Positions 1-9,841 of a stretch of DNA of 64,000 nt are shown here, in pieces. Both the position numbers and the translations under genes were made by a program. Below the pieces are notes generated by a model, which saw only the letters and a program-made list of their open reading frames with translations, searched no databases and was not told where the DNA came from. The first letter of the stretch is position 1, and each line of letters begins with the position of its first letter. This DNA comes from Defluviitaleaceae bacterium (GTDB taxonomy: Bacteria; Bacillota; Clostridia; Lachnospirales; WRBF01), in assembly GCA_009784685.1 (NCBI GenBank), contig WRBF01000004.1:14419-78418 (forward strand), given 5' to 3'.

Positions 1-377
1 TCAATCAGCATTGAGCCTAAGCTCATAGCTTCACCCATAGTCGAGCAAGCACCAAAAAGCCCAAAAAACGGTATTTGCAAGTCTCTTATCCCAAAATTCG
101 TCCCCATGCTTTGATTTAATAAGTCGCCTGATAATATATAGTTGATGTCTTCAGGAGTTTTGTTTGCTTTTTTGATTAAATTCTCGAATGACTTTTTAGC
201 CATTGCACTTTCGGCCTTTTCCCAAGAATCTTCGCCAATCAGACCATCCTCTGTAATAATGTCGAAATATTCTCTGAGCGGACCTTCTCCCTCTTTTGTA
301 CCAACTACTGATGAGGCCGTTGATATGCTTACCGGGTTTTCCAATTTTATCGTTCTGCTTCCTAATCTTTTATTCAA
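1..377 (-). CDS. spoVAD: Stage V sporulation protein AD (SpoVAD), N-terminal part; the gene runs off the left edge
   Basis: Reverse translation from TTG at 377 (SD GGAGGGA at 384-390) gives LNKRLGSRTIKLENPVSISTASSVVGTKEGEGPLREYFD...LFGACSTMGEA, a typical SpoVAD N-terminus. It lies directly downstream of spoVAC. It is absent from the ORF track because it is truncated. Confidence 0.85.
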   Translation of the reverse strand, partial: MNKRLGSRTIKLENPVSISTASSVVGTKEGEGPLREYFDIITEDGLIGEDSWEKAESAMAKKSFENLIKKANKTPEDINYILSGDLLNQSMGTNFGIRDLQIPFFGLFGACSTMGEAMSLGSMLI

Positions 378-389
378 AATTAGTCCCTC

Positions 390-836
390 CTACTTTAGAA
401 AATAATAGATAATACCGACCAAAACCGAGCTTAGTACGCCGTATAATATAACGGGTCCTGCAACTATAAACATTTTTGCACCGAGCCCAAGCACAAGTCC
501 TTCTTTTTTAAACTCAATAGTTGGTGCAGCAACTGCGTTAGCAAAGCCTGTAACAGGGACTATACTACCTGCGCCCGCAAATTTCCCGAGCTTATCGTAA
601 ATGCCAAAGCCTGTTAAAATTACTCCGGCTAAAACCAAAATAACTGTAGTGTACGTGCCTGCAAGTTCCTTTTCAATTCCATATCCAATGATTATGTTGA
701 TTATGAATTGCCCTAAAACACAAATAAGCCCGCCGACTATAAAAGCCTTTATACAGTTAGTTAGAATCGGGCTATTTGGCGAGACTTCTTCAACTAATTG
801 TTTGTAGTCTTCCTTCCCTTTTTGAGTTTGGTTCAT
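390..836 (-). CDS. spoVAC: Stage V sporulation protein AC (SpoVAC), membrane channel subunit
   Basis: 148-aa multi-TM protein (…CIKAFIVGGLICVLGQ…VPVTGFANAV…) that looks like SpoVAC. It sits at the expected position in a spoVAA-AB-AC-AD order. Confidence 0.9.
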   Translation of the reverse strand: MNQTQKGKEDYKQLVEEVSPNSPILTNCIKAFIVGGLICVLGQFIINIIIGYGIEKELAGTYTTVILVLAGVILTGFGIYDKLGKFAGAGSIVPVTGFANAVAAPTIEFKKEGLVLGLGAKMFIVAGPVILYGVLSSVLVGIIYYFLK

Positions 837-855
837 TAAATTCCCTCCTTATTTC

Positions 856-1293
856 CTATGGTTTAGGTGTAAAAAAACCATCAACGGTAAAATACAATAT
901 AGCCCCGACAAACTTCCCTATAGCTAGCGCAAAAATAAAAAACGAAAGCCCTTTTTCTATTTTAATGCGCCTTGTAAGTATTGGGATTACGTTTAAAACT
1001 TCAGCTAATGACATTGACAGGCAGGCAAAGAATACCCCTCCGAAAAACCCTGCCGCAATTGCTATAAGCCACCCAAGCGGCAGATGATAGTCAATCATCA
1101 TTGTCGTCGCACCTAATATTACACCAAAAATTATCGCTTCTTCATAAAGCATAATATATCGCTGTGTACCTGTTTTTTCTGCCAAACGCTGTACAATACC
1201 AAGAATTGTTATAAATGCAACAACCGCACCGGATATAATAAGTCCTGTGCCAAATCCGAACAGCACAGTTAACCCCTGCTTAGCTATTGTCAT
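856..1293 (-). CDS. spoVAB: Stage V sporulation protein AB (SpoVAB)
   Basis: 145-aa hydrophobic protein between spoVAA and spoVAC. Its start overlaps the stop of the upstream gene. The call rests on size, topology and synteny. Confidence 0.75.
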   Translation of the reverse strand: MTIAKQGLTVLFGFGTGLIISGAVVAFITILGIVQRLAEKTGTQRYIMLYEEAIIFGVILGATTMMIDYHLPLGWLIAIAAGFFGGVFFACLSMSLAEVLNVIPILTRRIKIEKGLSFFIFALAIGKFVGAILYFTVDGFFTPKP

Positions 1294-2002
1294 TTTGAAT
1301 CTCCTCCTCTTCTTGCTTAATTGTGCCTAGTTTATCAATGATTGCATCATTTACATTTTTTTCGTATCCGGGCATTTCCACTTCTATAGGCGTTAAATCC
1401 GTAGTAATCCGTCGCCCGAGAAAATGATTAAAAAACACAATAATTCCAAAAGCGAGCCCGATAGAGTAGGGGATTTCAACCAGGAGTGGGCTGTCTGTCC
1501 TTACTCTAAACAATATGAAATAAAAATTTTCAAGCACCGTACTCATTTCAGAATCTGTATGAAAACTCATTATAGCCGCAAGTGAACCTATAAATAGCGT
1601 CAGTGTAACAAAGCTAATTTTTATCCACTTTAGATACGGTTTTTCCTTGGTTTTTTCCTTTTTGTATTCAATAATTGTGTCCATTTCGCCAAGATTTTGC
1701 ACACTTATATCTGGGTATGCTTTTTTTATCACCTTGACAATTTCTGTAACCGGAATAAGGTAAAAACTTTTGTCAGATTTTTTTTGCCCTTTACCCTTCT
1801 TGCCAAATTCCTGATTTTCTGCCCTATTGTCAATTTTTTCAATATCCAAAACTGACAATTTCTTAACTTTATCCGCAACATCTTTTGTTGCTATAACTTC
1901 TGTAATATCTTCAATTAAAACCTTAGCTCTGCCTATCATAGACGCTTTTTTCGGCGGCTTAATGTAAATATCCAACAAAAACACCATCCTTTTATCTCTC
2001 AA
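1280..2002 (-). CDS. spoVAA: Stage V sporulation protein AA (SpoVAA); start codon uncertain (TTG 2002, ATG 1987 or GTG 1984)
   Basis: 240-aa protein with a soluble N-domain and C-terminal TM helices. It is the first gene of the spoVA cluster, so the call is mainly by synteny. Confidence 0.65.
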   Translation of the reverse strand: MRDKRMVFLLDIYIKPPKKASMIGRAKVLIEDITEVIATKDVADKVKKLSVLDIEKIDNRAENQEFGKKGKGQKKSDKSFYLIPVTEIVKVIKKAYPDISVQNLGEMDTIIEYKKEKTKEKPYLKWIKISFVTLTLFIGSLAAIMSFHTDSEMSTVLENFYFILFRVRTDSPLLVEIPYSIGLAFGIIVFFNHFLGRRITTDLTPIEVEMPGYEKNVNDAIIDKLGTIKQEEEEIQNDNS

Positions 2003-2131
2003 ACTATTATTAACAAAATGTTGAATTTAATTATTATTATTTTTTGGATTTTTATGTATTGGTAAAGCTAAAGGAGTATATAATATCTACGAAATTAGAA
2101 ATACAAAAAATATCGGGAGGATGATTATAAA

Positions 2132-2707
2132 ATGAAAAATTACGGATTGTTTAAGAAGCTTTTGCTTTTAACTGCTGTAATATCTATTCAAGCTGTTTTT
2201 CTGTGTCAAAGTGTTCTTGCTTTTGATGGGTTTTCGATTTATGGTATCATTGATGAAGATATACTGCTGCGGAATTACATTGCAACTGAGCTCGAAATGA
2301 TGGCAAATCCGGAATCTGAATTTAGAATAGTTATGAACGCAGACGGAAGTGTCACGGGGATAGACTCAAGTGGATATCAAGTTACAGCGGGAGGGAAATG
2401 GCCAAAAAATAACATAACAAGAAACCTTCCGCCGCCAAGAGAAGTTGATTATCTTGTTTATAATGAAGAACATGACAGCTTCACAGCTGTTTGGAGTACA
2501 ACATCAAAAGGTTACAAAGAGTATGTTGAAATGCTGGAAAATTGTGGGTTTGGTGTATATTCGCAAGAAATTGAAATCTACCTGGACGATGAAGAGCTTC
2601 ACTCATATTCTGTCATTGGTTTTAACGGGATGACTGTTGAATTGCTTTTTTTAGAAGGTGCAGTCACTATGAATGCTCAGTATCCAAGCTTGGCATATAG
2701 ATATTAG
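2132..2707 (+). CDS. Hypothetical secreted protein (signal peptide)
   Basis: SD GGGAGGATG lies upstream. The N-terminus MKNYGLFKKLLLLTAVISIQAVFLCQSVLA is signal-like. No recognisable family. Confidence 0.6.
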   Translation: MKNYGLFKKLLLLTAVISIQAVFLCQSVLAFDGFSIYGIIDEDILLRNYIATELEMMANPESEFRIVMNADGSVTGIDSSGYQVTAGGKWPKNNITRNLPPPREVDYLVYNEEHDSFTAVWSTTSKGYKEYVEMLENCGFGVYSQEIEIYLDDEELHSYSVIGFNGMTVELLFLEGAVTMNAQYPSLAYRY

Positions 2708-2731
2708 ACGGGGCAAGATGCGCTATAATTA

Positions 2732-3403
2732 CTATAGCGCTACATAAAACAAAACACAGAAATAATGCACTATACTTCCCGCAAGAACAAATAAGTGCCA
2801 GATAGAATGAGCGTATTTTAATTTTTTCATTTTATAAAATATAACGCCAACTGTATAGAAAAGCCCGCCAAGTGCAAGCAAAATAAGTCCGTTTGTCGGC
2901 ATATTTTCCACTAAAGGTCTAAATGCGAAAACAATTGCCCATCCCATCCCTAAATAACAAATGAGCGAAAAACGCTTAAACTTTTCAAGATTTAATGACT
3001 TGAGTATTATCCCTATAATTGCTGCTCCCCAAATAGCACCGAATAAAGCCCATCCTACTCCACCTCTTAATGTTACGAGCGTAAAGGGGGTGTATGTGCC
3101 TGCGATAAGGAGAAAAACCCCGCAATGGTCAAAAATTCTAAATAACGCTTTGACTTTTTCGTTTGTGAATGAGTGATATAACGTTGACATTGTGTAGAGC
3201 AATATAAGACATAGACCATAAATTGCACAAGCAACAATTACCCAAGGATCTCTTGACAGTCCGGCAAAAACTGCAAGCACAGACGCACCGGCTATTGCTA
3301 AAACTGTTCCTACTCCATGCGCAACAGAGCTGAATATTTCTTCACCTAAAGTATAAAACTTATTTGTCCAAGGACGAACTGATCTTAATTCTCCCATAAT
3401 CAC
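2732..3403 (-). CDS. Hemolysin III / PAQR family channel protein
   Basis: 223-aa 7-TM protein with family-typical motifs (…STLYHS…DHCGVFLLIAGTYTPF…HSIWHLFVLAGSIVHY). Confidence 0.85.
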   Translation of the reverse strand: MIMGELRSVRPWTNKFYTLGEEIFSSVAHGVGTVLAIAGASVLAVFAGLSRDPWVIVACAIYGLCLILLYTMSTLYHSFTNEKVKALFRIFDHCGVFLLIAGTYTPFTLVTLRGGVGWALFGAIWGAAIIGIILKSLNLEKFKRFSLICYLGMGWAIVFAFRPLVENMPTNGLILLALGGLFYTVGVIFYKMKKLKYAHSIWHLFVLAGSIVHYFCVLFYVAL

Positions 3404-3531
3404 ACCTCATTTTATAAACATTTGTTGCAATCGCCATGGTAAATAATAAGTATTATATCAAATTTATTGATTTAGTGCAATGAAAGTGATATAATTTTAT
3501 AAGATGCATTTTTGAAGGGAAGGATTTGTTT

Positions 3532-4152
3532 ATGAAAAGTCCATATATGGTTTTTATAGGGCATGGAAGCCTTAAATTTGTTACAAAATCAGGCAAAGTA
3601 ATATATGTTGACCCTGCTTTTCCCGGAGGGGATTATTCTCAGCCAGCAGATATGATTCTTATAACTCATTTTCATGGCGACCATGATAGGGAAGATATTG
3701 TTACAAAGGCAAAAGGATGTTTTACTTTTTCTTCAAAAGATGCAATTAATGGTGGGATTTATAACGTTATAGAAAGAGACGGCGTAAAAATTACACCTGT
3801 TGAGGCTTATAATAAAAATCACAGCCGTGAAGAATGCGTTGGATATGTTTTAAGTTTTGACGGGTTAAACGTATATTGCTCAGGCGACACATCAAAAACT
3901 GATGATATGGTAAACAAATTACCCCATATGAACATTGACTATGCGTTTTTACCAATTGATGGATTTTACAATATGGATCCAAAAGAAGCAAGCGAATGTG
4001 CCAAAATTATAAATGCACGCTATGTGCTGCCAATTCACAACGACCCTAAATCAATGGAAACAGGTGAATTTTTTGAAACAGGGCTTGATGATTTTGACCA
4101 TAGCGGCAAAATTGTGCTAAAGCATGGAGAGATGCTTGAGCTTAAAGAATAA
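3532..4152 (+). CDS. MBL-fold metallo-hydrolase
   Basis: Contains the HFHGDH metal motif (ILITHFHGDHDRED) and matches the expected size. ATG at 3532 follows GAAGGGAAGGA. The ORF track opens 6 nt earlier. Confidence 0.8.
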   Translation: MKSPYMVFIGHGSLKFVTKSGKVIYVDPAFPGGDYSQPADMILITHFHGDHDREDIVTKAKGCFTFSSKDAINGGIYNVIERDGVKITPVEAYNKNHSREECVGYVLSFDGLNVYCSGDTSKTDDMVNKLPHMNIDYAFLPIDGFYNMDPKEASECAKIINARYVLPIHNDPKSMETGEFFETGLDDFDHSGKIVLKHGEMLELKE

Positions 4153-4190
4153 AGCCTTGTTATTGTATAAAATCCACGGAGGGATAAAGT

Positions 4191-5063
4191 ATGAGACTTA
4201 CATCAGCAAATTCATTCAATAATCTGACAAGTTCATTTAACCGAGCGGCTTCATTGCAATCAGAAGAAAATAAAAACGACCAAAACAGCCAAACGATAAG
4301 CGTCAGAGATCGTAAAAATCGTCAGTCTGATATTTTAAGGATTCAAAGAGATAAAAACGAAATGAAAATACGTGAACGTGAAGATGCTATGATACAGAAG
4401 ATTCAAGACCAAATTATGAATGTTATAGAGGCTGATCTGGATTTTGACAGTAGAGGGCGTATGGTTGAATACTTAGAGTCCGAAATAGAGCATATATTAA
4501 CACAACGGAAAACCCGTGAAGAAGAGCGGCTTCAGCTAGAGCTAAAAGAGCGGAAAGCCGAAATTGAAAAAGAGCGGTATGAAGCAGAAAAAGCTCGCCT
4601 CGAAATGAACGAAAAATTTAGAGGTATAGCTAACCAGGAAGATACAGAAGAAGCTCTTCGTCGTGAGGATATAAGAAATTTAGTGCAAATTTCTATATCG
4701 CTTGATTCAATGAGTGCCTTTAGGCAGTCAAGGGCTCGCATGGCATCGGAAGCCGGGCACTTAGAGGCTGAGATTGATAATGCGCCTAATGGTAGTGCTA
4801 ATCCAAATGACTTTAGAAATACGCAGCTGACAAAGCTGACCAAAGGCATAGCCGGGTTGGATACCTCTATCAATTTGGAAATCGGAAAAATAAATGATGG
4901 TGTAGCTAGCTGGGCTGCAAACAGGAATAGTATTATCATAAATTCTGACAATGATTCGGTATTCAATGAAAAAGCCAAAATGGACGATATAGCTAGTAAT
5001 AGTAGCAAGCTGTCTCAAAATCAAGATATGGGCATAGCTGATAGTGTTGATTTATATGTTTAG
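4191..5063 (+). CDS. Hypothetical coiled-coil protein (E/K/R-rich central region)
   Basis: 290-aa ORF with SD GGAGGGATAAAGT before the ATG. A charged heptad-like stretch runs LQLELKERKAEIEKERYEAEKARLEM. No family recognised. Confidence 0.55.
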   Translation: MRLTSANSFNNLTSSFNRAASLQSEENKNDQNSQTISVRDRKNRQSDILRIQRDKNEMKIREREDAMIQKIQDQIMNVIEADLDFDSRGRMVEYLESEIEHILTQRKTREEERLQLELKERKAEIEKERYEAEKARLEMNEKFRGIANQEDTEEALRREDIRNLVQISISLDSMSAFRQSRARMASEAGHLEAEIDNAPNGSANPNDFRNTQLTKLTKGIAGLDTSINLEIGKINDGVASWAANRNSIIINSDNDSVFNEKAKMDDIASNSSKLSQNQDMGIADSVDLYV

Positions 5064-5316
5064 CGGCTTTTTTATGCTGTTAATTTATAGTTTAAAATTC
5101 GCTATAAGACGAGCTTTTAACCAATATAAGCATAGTTATAGATGTTAAAATCCAAAATAAAATCTTTACAACATTAAAAATTGTGATAAAATAGACGGAA
5201 TGAAAAAAATATCAAGAACTTGCCCAATATCCTTTTTTCGTTGCAGATTAAAAATCATCTGAGAGGGAGACTTAAAAAATATCGGACAGGCTCTAAGAGT
5301 GAGTGTGGAGGAAACG

Positions 5317-8300
5317 ATGCCTAATATTGACAGTATTAAGAAAATTATGATAATTGGTTCAGGTCCGATAGTTATCGGCCAGGCTTGCGAATTCGATTAT
5401 TCGGGAACCCAGGCTTGTAAAGCATTAAAAAACCTGGGATATGAGGTTGTTCTTGTTAATTCAAACCCTGCAACTATTATGACAGATCCCGACACTGCGG
5501 ATATTACCTATATTGAACCGTTAAACCCTAACAGATTAAAAGAGATTATTAAAAAAGAACGCCCCTGTGCTTTACTGCCTAATCTTGGCGGACAGTCGGG
5601 GCTTAATTTAAGCCTTGAATTGGAAAAAATGGGCATCCTTAAAGAGTATGGAGTTAAAGTTATCGGAATTAACGTAGATGCTATCGAACGTGGAGAAGAT
5701 AGGATTATTTTCAAAGAAACAATGGATAAAATCGGAGTTGAAATGGCAGCGAGCGAACCGGCTTATACCGTTGATGAAGCTGTTGCTATAGCAGATAAGC
5801 TGTCTTACCCTATAGTGATTCGCCCTGCATATACAATGGGTGGCGCAGGTGGAGGCATTTGCCAAAATGAAGAAGAACTGCGTAACACAGCGGAAAAAGG
5901 CATTGCTGCCAGTATGATAGGTCAGATTCTGGTCGAGGAATCGCTCCTTGGTTGGCAAGAGCTTGAAGTAGAGGTTATAAGAGATAAAACGGGACATAAA
6001 ATAGTTGCTTGTTTCATTGAAAATGTTGACCCAATGGGTATACATACAGGGGATTCATTTTGTGTTGCACCATATATGAACATATCAAAAGAGCTTGAAG
6101 ATCGCTTAAAAGATATATCATTTAGAATTGCTGAGGAAGTCGAAATTATCGGTGGTTCTAACGTGCAGCTTGCATACAATCCAAAAACTGACAGGATCGT
6201 TGTAATAGAAATAAACCCGCGTACTTCACGTTCATCGGCTTTAGCTTCAAAAGCGACGGGTTTCCCGATTGCATATGTTTCCGCTCTTCTTGCAGTAGGG
6301 CTTACTCTTGAGGAGATACCATGGTGCGGCGGAAATAATTTAAGCGAATATACACCTTCTGATGATTATGTAGTCGTTAAATTTCCAAGATTTGCCTTTG
6401 ATAAATTTAAAGATGCGGAAGATCAACTAGGAACGCAAATGAAAGCCGTCGGCGAGGTTATGGCAATAGGTAAAAATTTTAACGAAGCGTTTTTAAAAGC
6501 TATCCGTTCACTTGAGGCAAGAAGATGGGGTCTTGGGCTTGTTGATGATTTCTGTGATAAATCCAAGGAAGAGCTTCTCCAACTAGCTGATGGATTTACA
6601 AGTGAACGCCAGTTTATAATTTATGAAGCAATGAAAAAGGGCGCAACTGTTGACGAAGTAAATGCAATAACTCATATAAACAAAAACTTCCTGGAGCAGG
6701 TTTATAAGTTGGTTAAAATCGAAAAAGAGCTTGTTGATTACGGTTTTGATAATGTTCCAAAGGATGTTTTCTTAAATGCTAAACAAAACGGCTTCTCGGA
6801 CATGTATATGGCTAAGCTTTGGGGCAAAAGGGAAAACGATGTCATTAAAAAGCGTCTTGATGACTTTGAAATCAAACAAAAATGGCAAGGAATCCCTGTA
6901 AGCGGGATATCCTATGATTCATCATACTACTTCTCTTCTTATAACCTTACGGAAGACATATCGGTGGAAGAATCAAATAAAAAAGTGCTTATACTCGGAA
7001 GCGGTCCTAATAGAATAGGTCAGGGTGTTGAGTTTGATTATTGCTGTGTTCATGCAGCCTTTGCACTTCGTGAAATGGGCTTCACCACGATAATGGTAAA
7101 TTGTAACCCTGAAACAGTTTCGACTGATTACGATACATCAGATAGGCTATACTTCGAACCGCTTACAATCGAAGATGTTCTAAGTATTTACGAAAAAGAA
7201 AAGCCTCTTGGTGTTATAACCCAATTTGGTGGGCAAACGCCGCTTAACATAGCGAAAAAACTTGAAGAATACGGAGTTAAAATACTTGGAACTTCAACAA
7301 AATCTATAATTCACGCCGAAGATAGGGATTTGTTTGCGCAAACAATGCAAAAACTTGATATCCCTATGCCGGAATCCGGAATGGCTATAAATGTTGCCGA
7401 AGCAAAAGAAGTTGCAGCGAAAATAGGATATCCTGTTATGGTGCGTCCTTCATACGTGCTTGGCGGTGCGGGGATGAAAATTGTTAATAGCGACGAAGAA
7501 ATGGCTGTTTATATGAAAGCCGCCGTTAACGTAACCCCGGATACTCCGATACTTATTGACAGGTTTCTTTCAAGTGCAATTGAATGTGAGGCAGATGCCC
7601 TTTATGATGGTGAATCAGGTTTTTTACCTGCTGTTATGGAACATATTGAATATGCGGGAATACACTCAGGCGACAGCGCTTGTGTTGTGCCTTCAATAAG
7701 CATTTCGGAAGAAAATTTGGAGATTATTAAAGATTACACCATTAAAATTGCTAAAGAGCTTAATGTTTGTGGGCTTATAAATGTACAGTATGCAATTGAT
7801 AACGGCAAAGTCTATGTTTTGGAAGCAAATCCTCGGGCATCACGTTCAGTTCCTATTGTTTCTAAAGTTTGCAACGTTCAAATGGCAAGACTTGCGACTC
7901 AAGTTATAATGGCTGAACATGTTGATGATAGCGATAAAATTTTGATGAAAGACATAAAAGAGAAAAAAGTTCCGTATTTCGGTGTTAAAGAAGCGGTTCT
8001 TCCATTTGTGAAATTCCCGGAAGTTGATCCTGTGCTTGGTCCTGAAATGAAATCAACAGGCGAAGTTCTTGGTTTATCTGATTCTTTAGGGATTGCATTC
8101 TTAAAAGCGCAAGAGGCAGTTAAGGCCAACTTCCCGGAAAAAGGAAATGTTTTGATAAGCCTTAACCGCCTTGATAGAACTCAGGAAATGGCAAAAGTTG
8201 CGGAAGCTTTATCTAACGCAGGGTTTTATATATTTGCGACAAAAGGGACATGGAACTACTTGCGTGAGTATGGCATAAAAGAAGATAAGGGTGAGCGGAT

Positions 8301-8571
8301 AAACAAAGCTTTCCAAACAGATGATACAAGATTCCCAAATGTGATTGATAAGCTTGACAAAAGAGAGATACATCTTGTAATAAACACTCCACTTGGCGCA
8401 CAGTCTGAATGGGATGATTCTTATATAAGAAAAGCTTGTGTTAAGCTTGAGATACCTTATCTTACGACGGCAGCGTCTGCAAAAGCAGCGGCGAACGGTT
8501 TATCTGAGCTTAAAAATACTAGCGTGAGCGGGGTTAAGTCACTTCAAGAATATCATAAAACGATAAAGTAG
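5317..8571 (+). CDS. carB: Carbamoyl-phosphate synthase large subunit (two ATP-grasp halves plus an MGS-like C-domain)
   Basis: The N-terminus KKIMIIGSGPIVIGQACEFDYSGTQA and its repeat KKVLILGSGPNRIGQGVEFDYCCVHA are unmistakably CarB. ATG at 5317 follows GGAGGAAACG. The ORF track starts at GTG 5299. Confidence 0.95.
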   Translation: MPNIDSIKKIMIIGSGPIVIGQACEFDYSGTQACKALKNLGYEVVLVNSNPATIMTDPDTADITYIEPLNPNRLKEIIKKERPCALLPNLGGQSGLNLSLELEKMGILKEYGVKVIGINVDAIERGEDRIIFKETMDKIGVEMAASEPAYTVDEAVAIADKLSYPIVIRPAYTMGGAGGGICQNEEELRNTAEKGIAASMIGQILVEESLLGWQELEVEVIRDKTGHKIVACFIENVDPMGIHTGDSFCVAPYMNISKELEDRLKDISFRIAEEVEIIGGSNVQLAYNPKTDRIVVIEINPRTSRSSALASKATGFPIAYVSALLAVGLTLEEIPWCGGNNLSEYTPSDDYVVVKFPRFAFDKFKDAEDQLGTQMKAVGEVMAIGKNFNEAFLKAIRSLEARRWGLGLVDDFCDKSKEELLQLADGFTSERQFIIYEAMKKGATVDEVNAITHINKNFLEQVYKLVKIEKELVDYGFDNVPKDVFLNAKQNGFSDMYMAKLWGKRENDVIKKRLDDFEIKQKWQGIPVSGISYDSSYYFSSYNLTEDISVEESNKKVLILGSGPNRIGQGVEFDYCCVHAAFALREMGFTTIMVNCNPETVSTDYDTSDRLYFEPLTIEDVLSIYEKEKPLGVITQFGGQTPLNIAKKLEEYGVKILGTSTKSIIHAEDRDLFAQTMQKLDIPMPESGMAINVAEAKEVAAKIGYPVMVRPSYVLGGAGMKIVNSDEEMAVYMKAAVNVTPDTPILIDRFLSSAIECEADALYDGESGFLPAVMEHIEYAGIHSGDSACVVPSISISEENLEIIKDYTIKIAKELNVCGLINVQYAIDNGKVYVLEANPRASRSVPIVSKVCNVQMARLATQVIMAEHVDDSDKILMKDIKEKKVPYFGVKEAVLPFVKFPEVDPVLGPEMKSTGEVLGLSDSLGIAFLKAQEAVKANFPEKGNVLISLNRLDRTQEMAKVAEALSNAGFYIFATKGTWNYLREYGIKEDKGERINKAFQTDDTRFPNVIDKLDKREIHLVINTPLGAQSEWDDSYIRKACVKLEIPYLTTAASAKAAANGLSELKNTSVSGVKSLQEYHKTIK

Positions 8572-8616
8572 CTTTTTCTAGCAAAAAACTGTTGCGTTAA
8601 TAAGGGGGCAAAAGAG

Positions 8617-9837
8617 ATGGTTGGTTTTAGAAAATTGCATAAAGTGCATATCGCAGGTCGATTTGCAGTGATGCTATTAGCTGTGATGGTCGTCTTTAAT
8701 ATCAATATCCTTGTAATCGCAGGGGGGGATAGCAATAGCCGTCATCACATACCTTGGGAGTTTACTACATATACCGAGCCCGACTTCCGATCAGATGCAA
8801 TTGCAACTTTTGCGCCGCAATATGTTAGAATAATACATAGTAACGACTATGGCTGGGGTAAAATACATACTATGCATGGTGAGCACTGGGTGTATCTTCG
8901 TTCCAATCTTCGCTTTATCAACAGAGCAATGGGTATTTTTAGTTATATAAATGATGATGAACTTGTAAGTGTGATAAGACCGCAGGTTGTAAATGTGCTT
9001 TACCGGGACGGAGATTGGCTTCAAATTTCAACATGGCTTGGTCCTAAATGGATAAATCTGAATTTTAAGCCTCCGGTAACGCAGTTGGAAAACTTCATGA
9101 GGCGATTTGAAAGCTCCATGGCGATATATTATGAAAATCTCGAAACAGGGTTTGTTTTTACCCATAACGCAGATAGGGCATTCTTTTCAGCCAGCGTTCC
9201 AAAGGCATCCCTTGCTTTGTATATTTTTGAGAAAGCCGAAAGGGAAGAAGTTGACCTTGACAGCACCATCACATTTCTTCAACATGATTTTTGGGGTGGA
9301 TCAGGTGTTATCCAACACAGGTACTCAGTTGGGTCACAAATAACCCAAAGAGAGCTGTTAAGGCTTAATCTAAGCGAAAGTGATAATATAGCAACGCTTA
9401 TGCTAAGAAGATACCACGGAATAGCAGGATACAGGCAATTTATATCAGATATAGGTGGCAACCCCGCTTTTATCGGCAATAGAATCTTTGATTCACGTTT
9501 GACAGCTAACGAAGCCGGGCTTTTTGCAAGAGAAATACATAGATACATAGAATCGGGCGGAAAATATAGCGATGAATTTAAAGATCACCTGCTCGACAAC
9601 CAATTTCCGTTCATAGTGTCTGATCATCCGGTAGCAAGTAAAACAGGGTGGACACGAGGACATGCATGGCATGATATGGCAATTGTTCAGTCTCCTTCGC
9701 CCTATATTCTTGTTATTTTGACACAGCGTGATGGTTGGACAGCTAAGGATTATCGTGACTTTGAAGAAATATCTATGGCTTTTCAAGAATTTAATAATAT
9801 GTGGTTTGAATCACTAACACCACTTGTGCAGGAATGA
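8617..9837 (+). CDS. Membrane-anchored class-A beta-lactamase-fold serine hydrolase with an SH3-like N-region
   Basis: N-terminal TM helix, then SxxK (SVPK), SDN (SESDN) and KTG (SKTGWT) motifs in the canonical order. Confidence 0.7.
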   Translation: MVGFRKLHKVHIAGRFAVMLLAVMVVFNINILVIAGGDSNSRHHIPWEFTTYTEPDFRSDAIATFAPQYVRIIHSNDYGWGKIHTMHGEHWVYLRSNLRFINRAMGIFSYINDDELVSVIRPQVVNVLYRDGDWLQISTWLGPKWINLNFKPPVTQLENFMRRFESSMAIYYENLETGFVFTHNADRAFFSASVPKASLALYIFEKAEREEVDLDSTITFLQHDFWGGSGVIQHRYSVGSQITQRELLRLNLSESDNIATLMLRRYHGIAGYRQFISDIGGNPAFIGNRIFDSRLTANEAGLFAREIHRYIESGGKYSDEFKDHLLDNQFPFIVSDHPVASKTGWTRGHAWHDMAIVQSPSPYILVILTQRDGWTAKDYRDFEEISMAFQEFNNMWFESLTPLVQE

Positions 9838-9841
9838 TTAA

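Noticed and set aside
4191-4270. N-terminus MRLTSANSFNNLTSSFNRAASLQ resembling the N-terminal helix of flagellin/FlgL.
   Set aside because: The similarity is limited to about 20 residues of low-information sequence. There is no flagellin C-terminal helix and there are no flagellar neighbours.
5254-5270. PyrR-binding-loop-like sequence (ATCATCTGAGAGGGAGA) in the carB leader.
   Set aside because: It only loosely resembles the ARUCCAGAGAGGYU consensus because the UCCAGAG core is not matched. I also could not find the flanking anti-antiterminator/terminator pair.
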